A DNA stretch of 64,000 nucleotides from Nitrospirota bacterium. Its GTDB lineage: Bacteria > Nitrospirota > Nitrospiria > Nitrospirales > NS-4. Below, in pieces: positions 61,643 to 64,000 of the stretch. The DNA lies in contig CAWBGA010000001.1 in assembly GCA_963788195.1 (NCBI GenBank), positions 160,001 through 224,000 of the forward strand, read 5' to 3'. The first letter of the stretch is position 1; each line of letters begins with the position of its first letter. The notes below the pieces were generated by a model that was not told where the DNA came from, did no database searches, and saw nothing but the letters and a program-made list of their open reading frames with translations. The translations under genes and the position numbers were made by a program.

Positions 61643-63510
61643 AGCTGAAACAGCCTGCACGTGTCATCACGACGGCTTGGGGAAAGAGTTATCTTGACGA
61701 GCTCCTTACCGTCACACTCCCAGCCTTGATTGCGCCAGGAAATCTGCCGGCCCTTGCTCAGTTGTTCGAATGCGAATTTGTCCTTGTAACGGAAACGGCG
61801 TTCTTCGAAAACGTTCGCAATGCATCGATCTTTCAGCAGATCGAGAAAATTTGTAAGGCGCGATTGGTATCCCTGGATGACCTCGTCATGACGCGGCTGC
61901 ATTACGGGATGGCGTTGACTTATGCCTACATGAGAGGTTTCGAGGATCTCGGGGATCGCGTCACCGATTGGTACCTGATTTTTTTGAATTCCGACTTCGT
62001 TTTGGCCGATGGGTCCTACCGACATCTTGCTCAACGAATGCTTGCCGGTGATCGGCTTATCGTGGCACCGAGTTATTGCGTTATGGAGGAGCGCCTCAAG
62101 CCGCTTCTGAGATATGTGCTCACAGATCCACAAACCAATGTGCTCGCCATACCTCCCCGCGAGATGGCCGCGTTGGCCATCCCAAACCGGCATTACACGA
62201 TCCGAGGCAAGACGGTCAACCAGCAAATCTATTCGATGGATCGCATCGAGCAGTTTTATTGGTATGTGGACGAGCACACGTTGTTAGCGCATCAACTGCC
62301 GATTGCTGTTGCCTGCATGAAGCCGGAAAGAGCCGTGGCTACGCTTGAAACATTCTGGGATTACGGCCTGGTTTCAGAGCTTTGTCCGACAACCAAGCCT
62401 TGCGTGCTCGACGACTCAGACGACTTCCTCATGATTGAATTGCGGAGCGAGAATACCTACGCGGAGTACCTTTCACTTGGCTGGCCCAGTGTCGATGAAA
62501 TAGCAGCGGACCTATCCTCATTTATCACCAAAGATCACCGCGATTATGGTCGTTACACGCTCATTCTGCATTCTCGTGAGATCCCGGACTCCATCTACCA
62601 TGCCAAGGCTTCCCTTCGTGCCTTCGTCGACAGCGTGTACGCGCGAATGACGCCTGAGCCCCAATCCCATTTAAGACATCAATATTGGATGGCATCCCAC
62701 ACTGACTTTCACCGTGCCAAGGCGTTCTATCAACCGCGCCAATCTACCGATGTTACTCGTCCTGATCCATCCCAGTACCTTCGAAAAGGCGGCGAACTAC
62801 CCACGTCGTTAGGCTCGCGTGGTTTACTTTGGAGAATACTGGCCTGGATCCAAGCGACATTTATCGGCCATCTAGGTAAGGGTCATCCGTACTGGGACGA
62901 TTTGTCTCACGCCATTCAAATACTCGAGAAGGCGTTGCAGACGGAGGATTGCAAGGTCTTGTTCATATCGCCGTCCGAGCAAGGGAGTTTTTTACTTCCA
63001 TGGGTCGCGAAAGCTGCCAACGCTTACGCCCGCGTGGATGAGTTCTATGCCGTAAACGATTTTTTAGAGAGGGTGATCGGCCCAGAGTCAAACTTCGATA
63101 CATGTGTGATCGAGGTAAATTTTGATACGCTGCTGTATTTTCCGAACCTATTCCGTGCTGTTCGACCCCGTCTGAAAAACAGGGGGAAGGTTGTTGCCTT
63201 ATACCTGAACACATACAACCGACCCGTCTATAAGAAAAACCTAACGATAATGAAGAAGTATTTCCCTTCGACGGACAATTCACGAGTCTATTTTTCAGGT
63301 ACAGCGATGGGTGCGCGCGCGAAACGCCTCTACAACACCTCATTATTGCTGCGCCAGTGGGGGAATGTTCGAGGCTTGGCGGCGGCTATCGTTTTTATGG
63401 TGTTAAGTATAGGGCTTTCCTTTGTGGCGAACCGATGCACCGATTCTCGACCGCCACAGCGATACCCAAAAATCTTAACCAGCCTGACCGTCGAGATCGA
63501 TATTATATAG
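61639..63510 (+). CDS. Uncharacterised protein, paralog C
   Basis: MKLKQPARVITTAWGKSYLDELLTVTLPALIAPGNLPAL..EFVLVTE, FLNSDFVLADGSY, RHYTIRGKTVNQ, WDYGLVSELCP, DSDDFLMIELR; closely similar to paralog A. Confidence 0.85.
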   Translation: MKLKQPARVITTAWGKSYLDELLTVTLPALIAPGNLPALAQLFECEFVLVTETAFFENVRNASIFQQIEKICKARLVSLDDLVMTRLHYGMALTYAYMRGFEDLGDRVTDWYLIFLNSDFVLADGSYRHLAQRMLAGDRLIVAPSYCVMEERLKPLLRYVLTDPQTNVLAIPPREMAALAIPNRHYTIRGKTVNQQIYSMDRIEQFYWYVDEHTLLAHQLPIAVACMKPERAVATLETFWDYGLVSELCPTTKPCVLDDSDDFLMIELRSENTYAEYLSLGWPSVDEIAADLSSFITKDHRDYGRYTLILHSREIPDSIYHAKASLRAFVDSVYARMTPEPQSHLRHQYWMASHTDFHRAKAFYQPRQSTDVTRPDPSQYLRKGGELPTSLGSRGLLWRILAWIQATFIGHLGKGHPYWDDLSHAIQILEKALQTEDCKVLFISPSEQGSFLLPWVAKAANAYARVDEFYAVNDFLERVIGPESNFDTCVIEVNFDTLLYFPNLFRAVRPRLKNRGKVVALYLNTYNRPVYKKNLTIMKKYFPSTDNSRVYFSGTAMGARAKRLYNTSLLLRQWGNVRGLAAAIVFMVLSIGLSFVANRCTDSRPPQRYPKILTSLTVEIDII

Positions 63511-63585
63511 GGCTGAAGAGCGAAAAAGGACCACACGCGGTCATGGTGTCGAGTTGCGATCGCGCAAGAGAGCTTATAGAACTGC

Positions 63586-64000
63586 ATGAATGACTCGAAG
63601 TCGCTGTGGCTTGGTCTAAGGGCAAAACTTACACAGTATGATGTGCGGCTTGGGACCGCGACCGCTCAGGACTACATACACGATCCAAAGCACCTTGCCT
63701 TTGTGGCGGCGCGCTACAAATTTGCCGCTAAGATGCTGGCAGGCCTAGGCCGGGTGATTGAGGTAGGGTGCGGGGATGCCTTTGGTGCACCGATGATTGC
63801 CCAAGACGTCGGCAAACTCATCTGCACTGATATTGACGGAGACATGCTCAAGGACAACGCACAGCGCTGCACTCCCTTCAAGAACATCAGCTTCGAATAC
63901 TTTGATTTTCGCGAGAAACCCTATCCGGATCCTGCTGATGGGATCTGCCTGATCGACGTCATCGAGCATATCTACCCCAGTGAGGAGTCCGGCTTTCTGG
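63586..64000 (+). CDS. Class I SAM-dependent methyltransferase (truncated by the window end)
   Basis: Hand translation MNDSKSLW...DPKHLAFVAARYKFAAKML...VIEVGCGDAFG...DVIEHI. Confidence 0.85.
   Translation, partial: MNDSKSLWLGLRAKLTQYDVRLGTATAQDYIHDPKHLAFVAARYKFAAKMLAGLGRVIEVGCGDAFGAPMIAQDVGKLICTDIDGDMLKDNAQRCTPFKNISFEYFDFREKPYPDPADGICLIDVIEHIYPSEESGFL

Noticed and set aside
61264..63510. 748-aa ORF fusing the membrane repeat to paralog C
   Set aside because: Paralog C aligns to paralog A from ATG 61639, and a +1-frame TGA (61640-61642) gives a typical ATGA overlap. Probably one more insertion error, though not proven.

Overview
This is a GC-rich Gram-negative bacterial region, almost entirely devoted to the cell envelope. 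Gene order and repeat style suggest Nitrospirota, but that is inference and unverified. (1) 1-6 kb, minus strand: HD-domain dNTPase-like gene, DUF2062, thiL, lon, galU. (2) 6-21 kb: OM/lipid A/inner-core operon bamA-skp-fabZ-lpxA-lpxI-gnnA-like-lpxB-msbA-DUF374-waaA-lpxK-waaF/gmhB fusion-waaC. (3) 21-39 kb: core/O-glycan genes (GT9, GT2, GT4, rmlACBD, a B12-radical SAM enzyme, UDP-GlcA decarboxylase and epimerase), punctuated by small palindromic repeats. (4) 40 kb to beyond the window end: a long operon headed by a NusG-paralog (UpxY/LoaP-like) antiterminator. It encodes a higher-carbon nucleotide-sugar pathway whose enzyme families parallel the lincomycin GDP-octose route: transaldolase, SIS isomerase-HAD phosphatase, nucleotidyltransferase-kinase, SDR epimerases, Gfo/Idh/MocA, a Cys-less UDP-Glc-dehydrogenase homolog and a DegT aminotransferase. 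It also has a split transketolase, four methyltransferases, a 2OG-Fe(II) oxygenase and three paralogs of an unrecognised GT-like family. This operon is the best candidate for an undescribed system. About 17 apparent frameshifts, nearly all +1 insertions and several in essential genes, are most likely assembly errors. The -1 shift at an A10 run that would fuse DUF374 to WaaA may be real slippage. I recognised no rRNA, tRNA, CRISPR array or transposase.
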